From NCBI GenBank assembly GCA_038087875.1, contig CM075990.1, positions 310,001 to 374,000 of the forward strand: 64,000 nt of DNA. The letters are read 5' to 3'. This document shows positions 51,359-62,668 of the stretch, one piece after another. A program made the translations under genes and the position numbers. The notes under the pieces were generated by a model that was not told the DNA's origin, did no database searches, and worked only from the letters and a program-made list of their open reading frames with translations. Source of the stretch: Malacoraja senta. Lineage: Eukaryota. Position 1 is the stretch's first letter, and each line of letters opens with the position of its first letter.

Positions 51359-53289
51359 ATCGTTGCAACAGTTTTCAAATGGATAAAGCGTGAATAAACA
51401 TTTTATTCGATCAGGAATGTGTTTAACCCCGCCTCAAAAAAATGTTTTGCACAAATTCTTCAGTGAGTCTGGAGGATTGAGATTTACAAACAAATTACAA
51501 CCGCTCAATCTCTCTATATTAAAATTGTCTCTTTTTGTTATCAACAGCAAATAGCCATCAAGAGCAAGTGAGCAGCAGAACACAACAAGAGACACAACAA
51601 GAAAGAACTTAATAATTATCATCTTTAACATTTAATTTGTTCTTATATTTTAAGAGTAATTCACAATTTAAACTTTAATAAACCCTTTTTACACTTTTCA
51701 TGCCTTTGTGTTCTTCATCACAATGGGAACCTAATAGGCAGGAATGGCTGCTCTGTGGGAGAGCCACTAAGAGTGCATGGGGGGAGGGTTGTGGGGAGAT
51801 GGACTGAATGCGTGGGGGGTGGGGAATGGCAAGGAGCAGAATGGGGGGGGGAATGAAGGGAGGGAGGGGTGACAGGAATGAACTGCCACCACACCAGACA
51901 TGAATGACTGCACTGCCAGACTGCCAGCCCACCAGCCCTGAGTAAGTGAACTGCCAGCCATCCAGCCATGACTCACTGAACTGCCAGCCCAATAATCCAT
52001 TCAGTCCACCCTCTCCTCCTTCTCTCTCACAAAGCCTCTCACCTGTTTTCGGCACAATTTCTGGCAGTTTCTCAGCTGCCAGCCTGCCAGGTCTGAGTGA
52101 CTGTACTGCCAGGCCTCAGTAACTGAACTGCCAGTCCAAGAATCCCTTTTGGCCCACAATGTCCGTACTAGCCCTCTTGAAACCAGACCCTTTGGCCCAC
52201 AACACCCATACTAGCACAACAGAAAGCCCCCACTGGCCAGCAATATTGGAATTGGTGGTGAGGTGGAATATTGCGTTGTGTGACCAGCCCTCCCGTGTGA
52301 TGCTGGGACCCAACGGGTCCCACAGTCTAGTATACACTGGAATTTAGAAGGATGAGTGGCGATCTTATTGAAACATAAAGATTATTAAGGGATTGGACAC
52401 ACTAGAAGCAAGAAACATGTTCCTGATGTTGGCGTAGTGCAGAACCAGTGGCCATAGTTTAAGAATAGGTGTAGGCCATTTAGAACAGAGATGAGGTAAA
52501 TGTTTTCACCCAGAGAGTTGTGAATTGTGGAATTCTCTGCTTCAGAAGGTAGTGGAGGCAATTTCTCTGGATGCTTACAAGAGAGAGTTAGATAGATTTA
52601 AAGATAGCAGAGTCAAGGGGAGAAGGCACGAACTGGGCACTGATTGTGGATGATCAGCCATGATCACAGTGAATGGCGGTGCTGGCTCAAAGGGCCAAAT
52701 GGCCTACTCCTGCACCTATTGTCTGAAATGCTGGAGTAACTCAACGGGACAGACAGCATCTCTGGATAGAAGGAATGGGTGCATTCGGATAGAGACCTTT
52801 CTTCAGACAGAGATTCTCAGTCAGAAAGGACTTGACCTGAAACATCACCCATTCCTTCTATTCGGAGATGCTGCCTGTCCCGCTGAGTTACTCCACCACT
52901 TTGTATCTATCTTTGGTGTAAACCAGCATCTCAGTTCCTTCCTAAACATGCTATGACTGCAGTATTTACTGTCGGGAGCACATATGCCATTATTAAGCTT
53001 TCTTCTGCTTCACAAGCTCGACCACAGGAAGGGCAAGTTGAGCAACTCCTTGGTATTATCATTACCTTCAGATTCTTTTCTCCCAGACTATGATCCACAG
53101 CATTGTGTAGCGTGAGAGCTTCTATCAATATTGACTGGGACTTGCACAATGCTAAGGGTTTAGAAGGGGGCATAATTTGTTATATGTATCAAAGAGGGTT
53201 TCCTGAAACAGTATGTGGATAGTCCCAACCTGAGAAGGGAGCATACCAGACCTTGTGTTGGGTAAACAAGCCTTGCTGGCTTGCAAAGT

Positions 53290-55660
53290 GTTGGGTCCCA
53301 GCATCACACGGGAGGGCAGGTCACCCAACGCATTATTCCACCTATCCACCAATTCCAATATTGCTGGCCAGTGGTGGGGGGGGGGGGGGGGGAGGGGGGA
53401 CTTTCTGTTGCGCTAGTATGGGTGTTGTGGGCTAAAGTTACTGGTTTCCAGAGGGTTAGTATGGACATTGTGGGCCAAATAGATTCTTGGGCTGGCAGCT
53501 CAGTCACTGAGGCCAGGCAGCTCAGTCACTGAGGCCTGGCAGTACAGTCACTCAGACCTGGCAGGCTAGCAGCTGAGAAAATGCCAGAAATTCAGCCCAA
53601 AACAGGTGACAGACTGTGGGAGAGGGTGGACTGAATGGATTAATGGGCTGGCAGTTCAGTCACTTACGGCTGGTGGGCTGGCAGTGCAGTCACTCACACC
53701 TGGTATGCTGGCAGTTCACTCAGTCACCCATCCTCCCTTCACCTCCCCCCAATCTGCTCCTTGCCATTCCCCTCCCCCCCCACGCATTGTGCATCTACCC
53801 GCCAACCTCCCCCCATGCACTCTTAGTGGCTCTCCCACAGAGCAGCCATTTCTGCCCATTAGGTTCCCATTGTGATGAAGAACACACAGGCATCAAAAGT
53901 GTAAAAAAGGATTTATTAAAGTTTAAATGTGAATGACTCTTAAAATATGACAATTTAAATGTTAAAGATGAGAATTATTAAGTTATTTCTTGTTGTGTCT
54001 CTTGTTGTGTTCTGCTGCTCACTGCCTCTTGATGACTATTTCCTGTTGATAAAAAGATAAAATTTTAATATAGATAGATTAGGGCGGTTAAATTTTAAGA
54101 AAGAATGACGTCATCGGCGCCATCTTGCAACTAAGCGAAATCAAAGAATGAGCGGCAATTTTGAAACTAAATACAGTCCTGAACTAATAAAATGTTTATT
54201 CACGCTTTATCCATCCAAAAACTGTTGCAAGCAAGCCCTTAAATGCCAAGCCAATTGGGCAAACACTTTGCAAGCCAACAAAACACACTTTCTGAAAGCC
54301 CTTTAAAAAGCCAAAAATCCAATTGGGCAAACACTTTGTAAGCCAACAAAACACATTTTCTGAAAGCCCCTTTGAAAAGCCCAAAAAGCCAAATGGGCAA
54401 ACACTTTGCAAGCCAACAAAACACGTTTTCTGAGAGCCCTTTAATAGCCAAGCCAATTGGGCAAAACACTTTGCAAGCCAACAAAACACATTTTCTGAAA
54501 GCCCTTTAAAAAGCCAAAACGCCAATTGGGCAAACACTTTGCAAGCCAAAAAAACACGTTTATTGAGAGCCCTTTAATAGCCAAGCCAATTGGGCAAACA
54601 CTTTGCAAGCCAACAAAACACATTTTCTGAAAGCCCTTTGAAAAGCCAAAAAGCCAATTGGGCAAACACTTTGCAAGCCAACAAAACACGTTTTCTGAGA
54701 GCCCTTTAATAGCCAAGCCAATTGGGCAAACACTTTGCAAGCCAACAAAACACATTTTCTGAAAGCCCTTTACAAAGCCAAAACGGCAATTGGGCAAACA
54801 CTTTGCAAGCCAAAAAAACACGTTTATTGAGAGCCCTTTAATAGCCAAGCCAATTGGGCAAACACTTTGCAAGCCAACAAAACACATTTTCTGAAAGCCC
54901 TTTGAAAAGCCAAAAAGCCAATTGGGCAAACACTTTGCAAGCCAACAAAACATGTTTTCTGAGAGCCCTTTAATAGCCAAGCCAATTGGGCAAACACTTT
55001 GCAAGCCAACAAAACACGTTTTCTTAAAGCTCTATAAAAATCCAAAAAGCCATTGGGCATACACTTTGCAAGCCAACAACACACATTTTCTGAAAGCCCT
55101 TTAAAAAGCCAAAAAGCCAAAAAGCCAATTGGGCAAACACTTTGCAAGCCAACAAAACACATTGTCTGAAAGCCCTTTGAAAAGCCAAAAACGAATTGGG
55201 CAAACACTTTGCAAGCCAACAAAACACGTTTTCTGAGAGCCCTTGAATAGCCAAGCCAATTGGGCAAACACTTTGCAAGCCAACAAAACACATTTTGTGA
55301 AAGCCCTTTAAAAAGCCAAAAATCCAATTGGGCCAAACACTTGCAAGCCAATTGGGCAAACACTTTGCAAGCCAACAAAACACATTTTCTGAACGCCCTT
55401 AAAAAAGCCAAAAATGCTAATTGGGCAAACACTTTGCTAGCCAACAAAAACACATTTTCTGAAAGCCCTTTGAAAAGACAAAAAGCCAATTGGGCAAACA
55501 CTTCGCAAGCAGAGAGAATGGACGAATTTTTCTTAAACATTATTATCTCTCTGATTTTTCATCGATGTGAAAAATCCTCCAGTCCAGCCCGGCGGAGGGG
55601 GGGCTCTGAGCGAGGTGGCCAAATATGATGGCCGTAAGTCGCGGCATTCTCTCGGAAATC
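53290..55660 (-). mobile_element. Non-autonomous Helitron-like element, copy F (3' tip broken; 5' end runs into the gap)
   Basis: 53290-54230 is colinear with the reverse complement of copy E 51350-52314; 55510-55660 matches the 5' module of C, D and E. Confidence 0.85.
54230..55510. repeat. 64/68-bp tandem array, about 19 units
   Basis: CAATTGGGCAAACACTTTGCAAGCCAACAAAACAC..TTTCTGA.AGCCCTTT. Confidence 0.95.
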
Positions 55661-55860
55661 NNNNNNNNNNNNNNNNNNNNNNNNNNNNNNNNNNNNNNNN
55701 NNNNNNNNNNNNNNNNNNNNNNNNNNNNNNNNNNNNNNNNNNNNNNNNNNNNNNNNNNNNNNNNNNNNNNNNNNNNNNNNNNNNNNNNNNNNNNNNNNNN
55801 NNNNNNNNNNNNNNNNNNNNNNNNNNNNNNNNNNNNNNNNNNNNNNNNNNNNNNNNNNNN
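55661..55860. other. Assembly gap (200 N)
   Basis: Run of N. Confidence 1.
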
Positions 55861-56109
55861 GGGCTACTAAGAAGTTACTGAAGGATTGATTGGCTGGGGA
55901 GTTGCTAAATGGTTGACTGGCCCCTCACCTAGATAATGTGAACACATGCCCATTGTTTGTTAATAACATATATATGAACCAGCTGTATGGATCACTCGGG
56001 GAGAAGGTGCTCACAGACCATGGGGTCTTGACTCTTCTCCCAGAGTTCCGTCATCAATAAAGTTGCTGCTTTTCGCTTACTCAGATCTCAGTGAAAATTT
56101 TCACCAACA
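55861..56109 (+). mobile_element. Probable 3' part of an LTR (ERV-like)
   Basis: ATTGG, TATA-like tatatatgaa, AATAAA at about 56056, ends ...CAACA. Confidence 0.5.
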
Positions 56110-56439
56110 GAATAATATTGATTTTTTAGCAATTGGCAGATCAACTTGCATCATCTCCTGAGGCCTGAGGGTTCTAAATAGATGAATCTCATCTTTCTGG
56201 CCTTTTCCCTTCTCCTAATTCTTTCCTAAAACCCATCAGAGGGCAACACATCATGCTAGTTTGATCTTCCTCTTCACTCTTGCAAGAGTTGCTTCTCTAT
56301 GAGCAGAAAAACTTTGTTATAATTGAGGTGAATCTTTTTCATGCTTTGATATTCTTCTTACCTTTGTCCATGTTTGATCTTTGCTGCAAACATGGACTTT
56401 TGTCCATGTTTGATCTTTGCTGCAAAGTGTGTTATATAT

Positions 56440-57500
56440 CCATATGTGATAGGAGCAGAATTAGGCCATTCGGCCCATCAAATCAAGGCTGATCTATCTC
56501 TCCCTCCGAACCCCATTCTCCTGCCTTCTCCCCATAACCCCGACACCCGTACTAGTCAAGAATCTATCTATCTCTGCCTTAAAATTATCCAATGACTTAG
56601 CCTCCGCAGCTTTCTGTGCCAATGAATTCCACAGATTCACCACCTTCTGACAAAAGAAATTAGAAATTCCTCCTCATTTCCTTCCTAAAGGAATGTCCTT
56701 TAATTCTGAGGCTGTGGGCTCTGGTCCTAGTCTCTCCCACCACTGGAAACATCCACTCCACATCCATTCTATCTAGGCCACAAAGTTTACATTCCTCACT
56801 ACATTCCTCACTATCCCCCCCCCCCATCTGACTGTGTTGATGCAATTTATTCTCTCTCACACAGGATAATTTTCCTCATCTATAGTATCATTTGATGGAT
56901 AGCATACTTTAGTTTAGTTTAGAGATACAGCGTGGAAACAGGCCCTTTGGCCCACCGGGTCCACGCTGACCAGTGATTCCTGCACACTAACACTATCCGA
57001 CACACACTAGGGACAATTTACAATTATACCAATCCAATTAACCAACAAACCTGTATGTCTTTGGAGTTTGGGAGGAAACTGTAGTAGCAAGGCAGATCTA
57101 CTGTAAATAAGTAAGTAAGTTTATTGGCCAAGTATTCACATACAAGGAATTTGCCTTGGTGCTCCGCCCACAAGTAACAACATGACATACAGTGACAGTT
57201 ACGAATGATTCTGTATGTAACTGTCATACAGTCAGAAAACACTAAACATTAATAATAATAAAACATTAATGATAAAACACCATTGATCAAGCATGTGAAC
57301 CAACAAAATACCAGATCAAAGGGAGGCAACATATTTTTGGCTGTTGAGTAGAGCAACTACTCGTGGATAAAAACTGTTTTTATGTCTGGCTGTGGCAGCT
57401 TTGACAGTCCGGAGTCGCCTTCCAGAGGGAAGTGATTCAAAGAGTTTGTGGCCAGGGTGAGAGGGGTCAGAGATTATCTTGCCTGCTCGCTTCCTGGCCC
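56440..57500 (-). mobile_element. CR1 tail (56440-56780), partial SINE (56908-57082) and Rex1-like 3' fragment (57105-57500)
   Basis: Similar to other copies in the window; (TTAC)n tail at 57105-57120. Confidence 0.7.
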
Positions 57501-57578
57501 CCTATATCATGATTCAAGCTGTTATTGCTCCTCGTGTCATTTTGCATCTTACGACAGTCAACTATCAGTCAACTATCG

Positions 57579-58900
57579 GTTCAATTATCAGTTTATTTTT
57601 CTTCCCGGTTTGTTGAGATAAGTGAATTAATATATCTCTCCTGTTATATGCATCATTGAACATTTGTTATAAAGGGATGCAAGCTAGGCTGGTAAGCAAT
57701 AAGAAAATGTTAATTAACCAGAATGAGGCATAACATGAATTAACTTGTATATTGCTTGTACATAAGGTCAGTTAACATAATGTTGCTAAGGAGATCCTGC
57801 TAGTCCAACAAAATCAAATGCTTCAAGGAGACTACAGCCATCAATATTAAGGAGGATTGAGAGACATAACATATCTGCTGTTCAGCACCATTTTTTAAAA
57901 TATCATGTAAGCATTAAGGTTTCAATCTATATATTGAATGGTTGTACGAAAATGGTGAGGATATCAAAGATGAAGAATTTGCACAGTGCCTTGGGAATTG
58001 CTTTTTTTTATAACAGTATATTATGGAACCTATATGAGAACAGGCTATTTTAGATTTGTCATGAGTAATGAGGATAGGGGAGTATAGAACTAGAGGGCAC
58101 AGTTTTAAGGTATGAGAGGAATTATTTAAAGAGAATCTGAAGGAGAGGATGGTGGAAATATGAAACAAGCTGCCAGAGGAAGTGGTGAAGATGGGTACAA
58201 TTACAATGTTTAAAATGTATTTAGGCAGGTGCATGGATAGGACAGAGGATATGGGCCAAAAGCAAGCAAATAGGACTAGTAAAGATTGGCATCTTGGTTG
58301 ATGTGGACAAATTGGCAGAACAGCATATTTCTGTATGGTATAACAATGAATCTATGTTTCCACATGTGGGAGAGTCACAAACAGGAAGTATTACTACAGA
58401 ATAAGGGGCTATTCATTTATAATTGAAATTAAAAACAACAATTTCTTTTTAACAACATTTGGTTTCTTTCAAAGTTTGAACTTTTTCCAACAACATCAGA
58501 CAATATTTTGACACAGACCTCAAAGAAGATAGTGAATGTTTGAAGAAAAAAAAAAAAAAAGAATCCATGTGTTTGATCGTGGAACACAAAAAGGTGTGGA
58601 AGGACTCAGCTGCAGCAGTTTAGTTTAGTTTAGAGATACAGCCTTTGGCCCACTGAGTCCACGCTGACCAACGATCCCCGCACACTAACATTATCCTACA
58701 CACACACACTAGGAACAATTTACAATTATACCAAGGCAATTAAGCTACAAACCTGTATGTCTTTGGAGTTTCGGAGGAAACTGGAGAAAACCCCCGCAGG
58801 TCACGGGGAGAATGAGCAAACTTCGTACAGACAGCGCCCGTAGTCAGGATTGAACCCAGGTCTTTGGCACTGTCAGGAAGCAACGCTGCCGCTGCACCAC
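57579..58900. repeat. Left arm of an inverted duplication (includes a CR1 fragment and SINE 58617-58911)
   Basis: Colinear with the reverse complement of 62669-64000. Confidence 0.92.
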
Positions 58901-59679
58901 TGTGCCGCCCTGCAAGCAAAGCAAAGCATGCAAGCAAAGTTTTTCCCAGTTACTTGGTACATGTGGTAATAATAATAAAATAACAAACTAAACGAATCCT
59001 GAACTGTTGCCTGAGAACCAGAGAGAATCTACAAACTACTGAGCACATTTTTAAATGGTGTAAAGGTTTTTTAAAAATGTGGTGTGGGCAGGTGAGTGAG
59101 AAATAGAGGAAATGCAGGTAAAAGATCCAACTGTGGGCAATAGGAAACCAATCAATGGATATATTTAAGGCAGAGATAGATAGATTCTTGACTAGTACGG
59201 GTGTCAGGGGTTATGGGGAGAAGGCAGGAGAATGGGGTTAGGAGAGAGAGACAGAGCAGCCAATATTGAATAACGGAGTAGACTTGATAGACCGCAGAGC
59301 CTTATTCTGCTCCTATCACTTATGAACATGAACGTATGTCACAGAAGTCCTAGAACAGAAGGCCTTATTTTGAGAAAAGGTGTGGCAGACTGATTTTTTT
59401 TTTTTTTAATACAAATACTTTTATTCAGAAACAAAACAACCATACAAAAAAGTGACACGATCAAAACTGCCTTTGTGGCAGTTTACAAAACAACAGTAAT
59501 CAAACATTTCATCCTCAGTAACAATTAGTACGGGAGCACCTCAAGATTGTGTGCTCAGCCCCCTGCTTAACTCACTCTATACCCATGACTGCGTAGCCGG
59601 ACATGGTGCGAAATCCATCATCAAGTTCGCCGACACCACCACTGTTGTTAGACGAATCACAGATGAGGATGAATCAATA

Positions 59680-61005
59680 GACAATAGGTGTAGGAATAAG
59701 CCATTCAGCCCTTCGAGCCAGCACCGCCATTCAATTTGATCATGGCTGATCATCTCCAATCAGTACCCCGTTCCTGCCTTCTCCCCATATCCCCTGACTC
59801 CGCTATCTTTAAGAGCCCTATCTAGCTCTCTCTTGAAAGTATCCAGAGAACTGGCCTCGACCACCCTCTGAGGCAAAGAATTCCACAGACTCACAACACT
59901 CTGTGAGAAAATGTGTTTCCTCGTCTCCATTATATATGGCTTACTCCTTATTCTTAAGCTGTGGCCCCTGGTTCTGGACTCCCCCAACATTTGGAACATG
60001 TTTCCTGTCTCTAGCGTGTCCAAACCCTTAATAATCTTATATGTTTCAATAAGGTCTCGTCTCATTCTTCTAAACTCCAGAGTATACAAGCCCAGCCGTA
60101 TTTGTATTTGTATTTCCCCTGGGGGAAACTTTAACTTCTCTATGTGGGGGAGGGGGGTAGGGTAAGGGGGGAAACTGTTTCCCAGTCGCTTCCTGGCGGG
60201 GACGCGACTATTTCTCCAAGTCGCGTCCTCGCCCTCCTCCCCGCGGCCTACCACCTGGATCGGAGCGGCCTTTCCTGCCGGGGGCCGGGAACCGGACTAG
60301 AGCTGCAACAGCGGCGGCGCAGCGCTGAATTCACCGCGGAGCGGGCGATGCCGACCTGGATCGCCGTTTGGAGCTCCGGAGCGTTGTGCCGCTGCTCCAA
60401 CATCGTGGAGCTGCGGTTTGGGAGAGCTTCCAGCGTGGCCAGTGCTGAACAACATCGCGGAGTCCTGGGGCCCTTTACCGAGGGCCGCCAGCGTTGAATC
60501 TCCGCCCAGCGCAGCCTGCGGACTTTGGGAGCCGCGGACTCTGGTAGGAGGTGGCCGACTCTGATGGCCAGGCCGCTGAGGTCCCCCAGCCCCGACGTCG
60601 GACTTACAACACCCCGGCGAGCGGGCCTGAACATCGGGCCGCCCGTAGACTCCGGTAGGGGGTGGGCTCGGGGAGGCCCCGACCACGGGTGAACATTGGG
60701 GAACATTAGAGGAAGATGACTGACTTTGGTGCCTTCCCTCACAGTGGCTAACTTTGATTCTGCTGTGTGGGGATGTTTTATGTTGAACTCTATCGTGTGT
60801 TGTGGTCTTTATTTTTATTGTATGGCTGTATGGTGACCACACATTTCACTGTGCCAACTGGCACGTGACAAATAAATGTATCTTGTATCATGTATCTTGT
60901 ATCTTGTATCCATCCTCTCAGCATATGACAGTCCTGCCATCCAGGGAATTAACCTTGTAAACCTACGCTGCACTCCCTCAATAGCAAGAATATCTTTCAC
61001 CAAAT
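59680..61005 (-). mobile_element. CR1 3' fragment interrupted at 60100-60908
   Basis: caagcccagccg...tccatcctctcagcatatgac rejoin across the insert. Confidence 0.88.
60100..60908 (+). mobile_element. GC/CpG-rich non-coding retroposon with a LINE-type tail
   Basis: Ends tttcactgtgcc..tggcacgtgacAATAAA + (TGTATCT)n; interrupts a CR1. Confidence 0.7.
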
Positions 61006-61009
61006 TAGT

Positions 61010-61510
61010 CAGAGTATAGAAATTAGATTGACGGACTGACCAAATGGTGCCAGCACAACAACCTGGCTCTCAACACCAGTAAAAGCAAGGAACTGATTGT
61101 GGACTTTGGTAGGGGAAGAATGAGGACCAACAATCCTGTTCACATCAATGGGACAATGGTGGAGGGTCAAAAACTTCATTCCTGGGCGTGCATATTTCCG
61201 AAGATCTTTCCTGGACCCAGCACACTGATGCAATTATAAAGAAGGCACATCAGCGCCTCTACTTCCTGAGAAGATTACGGAGATTCGGCATGTCGAAGAG
61301 GGTTCTCCTAAACTTCACGGTAGAGAGCATTCTGATTGGTTGCATCGTGGCCTGGGTTCGGCAACTTGAACATTCAGGAGCGGAAAAGAATACAAAAAGT
61401 TGTGACCACTGCCCAGTCCATCACCGGCTTTGACCTCCCAACCGTCGAAGGGATCTATCGTTGTCGCTGTATCAAAAAGGCAGCCAAAATCATCAGACCC
61501 ACACCATATA
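61010..61510 (+). mobile_element. Rex1/Babar-like LINE fragment (another at 59510-59670)
   Basis: ISEDLSWTQHTDAIIKKAHQRLYFLRRLRRFGMS; LSPLL.SLYTHDCVA...IIKFAD.TTVV. Confidence 0.85.
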
Positions 61511-61699
61511 CGTTTACATATACACATATTCTGTTGTGCTGCAGCAAGTAAGAATTTCATTGTCCCATCCGGGACATATGACAATAAAACACTCTTGACT
61601 CTTATTGACTCTTAAAATAACGTCGTCATCCTTAGTATTACATTCGACCCCCCACGGCGACCAGCGTTCACGAAAGGCCTCCACAGTCCCCGTGGGCAC

Positions 61700-62570
61700 C
61701 GTGTGTTCTTTGTGGTTTTGCAGATAGTGAAGATGGTTGTGAAAGATTGCAGCAGGATCTGGATCGATTGGCCAGGTGGGCGGAGGATTGGTTGATGGAA
61801 TTTAATACATAGGAGTGCGCAGTGTTGCATTTTGGGACTTCGAACAAGGGCAGGACCTACACAATAAATGGTAGGCCTCTGGGTAGTGTTGTAGAGCAGT
61901 GGGATCTAGGAGTACAGGTGCATGGTTCCTTGTAGGTTGAGTCGCAGGTGGATAAGGTGGTCAAGAAGGTTTTTGGCACTTTAGCCTTCATCGTTCAGAG
62001 TATTGAGTGTAGAAGTTGGGAGGTCATGTTGCAGTAGTATAAGAGATTGGTGATTTTGGTGGCATTTAGAATATTGTGTTCAGTTCTGGGCAGGGTTCAG
62101 AAAAGATTTATGAGGATGTTGCCAGGACTAGAGGGTGTGAGCTATTGGGATAGGGTTGAGTAGGCTGGGTCTCTATTCAATGGAGCGCAGGAGGATGAGG
62201 GGTGATCTTATAGAGGTGTACAAAATCATGAGAGGAATAGATCGGGTAGATGCACAGAGTCTCTTGTCCAGAGTAGGGGAATCTAGGACCAGAGGACATA
62301 CAGTGGGTTAAAGGTGAAGGGGAAAAGATTTAATAAGAATATGAGGGGTAACTTATTCACACAAAGGCTGGTGGGTGTATGCCAGAATAGGTAGTTGAGG
62401 CTGGGACTATCCCAACGTTTAAGAACAGTTAGACAGGTACATGGATAGGACAGATTTGGAGGGACATGGACCAAACGCAGTCAAGTGGGACTAGTGTAGC
62501 TGGGACATGTTGGCTGGTGTATGCAAGATGGGCTGAAGGACCTGTTTCCACACTCTATGACTCTATCACT
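61700..62570 (+). mobile_element. CR1 LINE 3' fragment
   Basis: CR1 ORF2 C-terminal similarity and (CTATGACT) tail. Confidence 0.85.
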
Positions 62571-62668
62571 AACTCTCCTTCCCACTTTCGCATAGACTGT
62601 ATGTCATCAGTCTTCTCCAATGCCACAGAGGGCCCAAACTAAATTGGAAGAATAATAGCTTACAAACA

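Larger units (their letters stand above)
50324..52330 (+). mobile_element. Non-autonomous Helitron-like element, copy E (complete)
   Basis: A|gCTATATTATTAAAAGT start (first base mutated); TGGGACCC-AAC-GGGTCCCA-CAGT-CTAG|T end; no TSD in the reconstructed CR1 site. Confidence 0.93.
50230..52725 (+). mobile_element. CR1 3' fragment split by copy E (50230-50323 and 52331-52725)
   Basis: gagcgactgggctta|tatacactggaatttagaagg rejoins as ERLGLYTLEFRR. Confidence 0.9.

Noticed and set aside
10682..55510. Tandem arrays as CRISPR loci
   Set aside because: No unique spacers, no cas genes, eukaryotic context
3888..55660. Autonomous Helitron (RepHel) coding sequence
   Set aside because: No HUH Rep or Pif1-helicase motifs seen in any ORF; the Helitron call rests on termini and insertion sites only
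55567..55881. ORFs spanning the N run
   Set aside because: Assembly gap artefact
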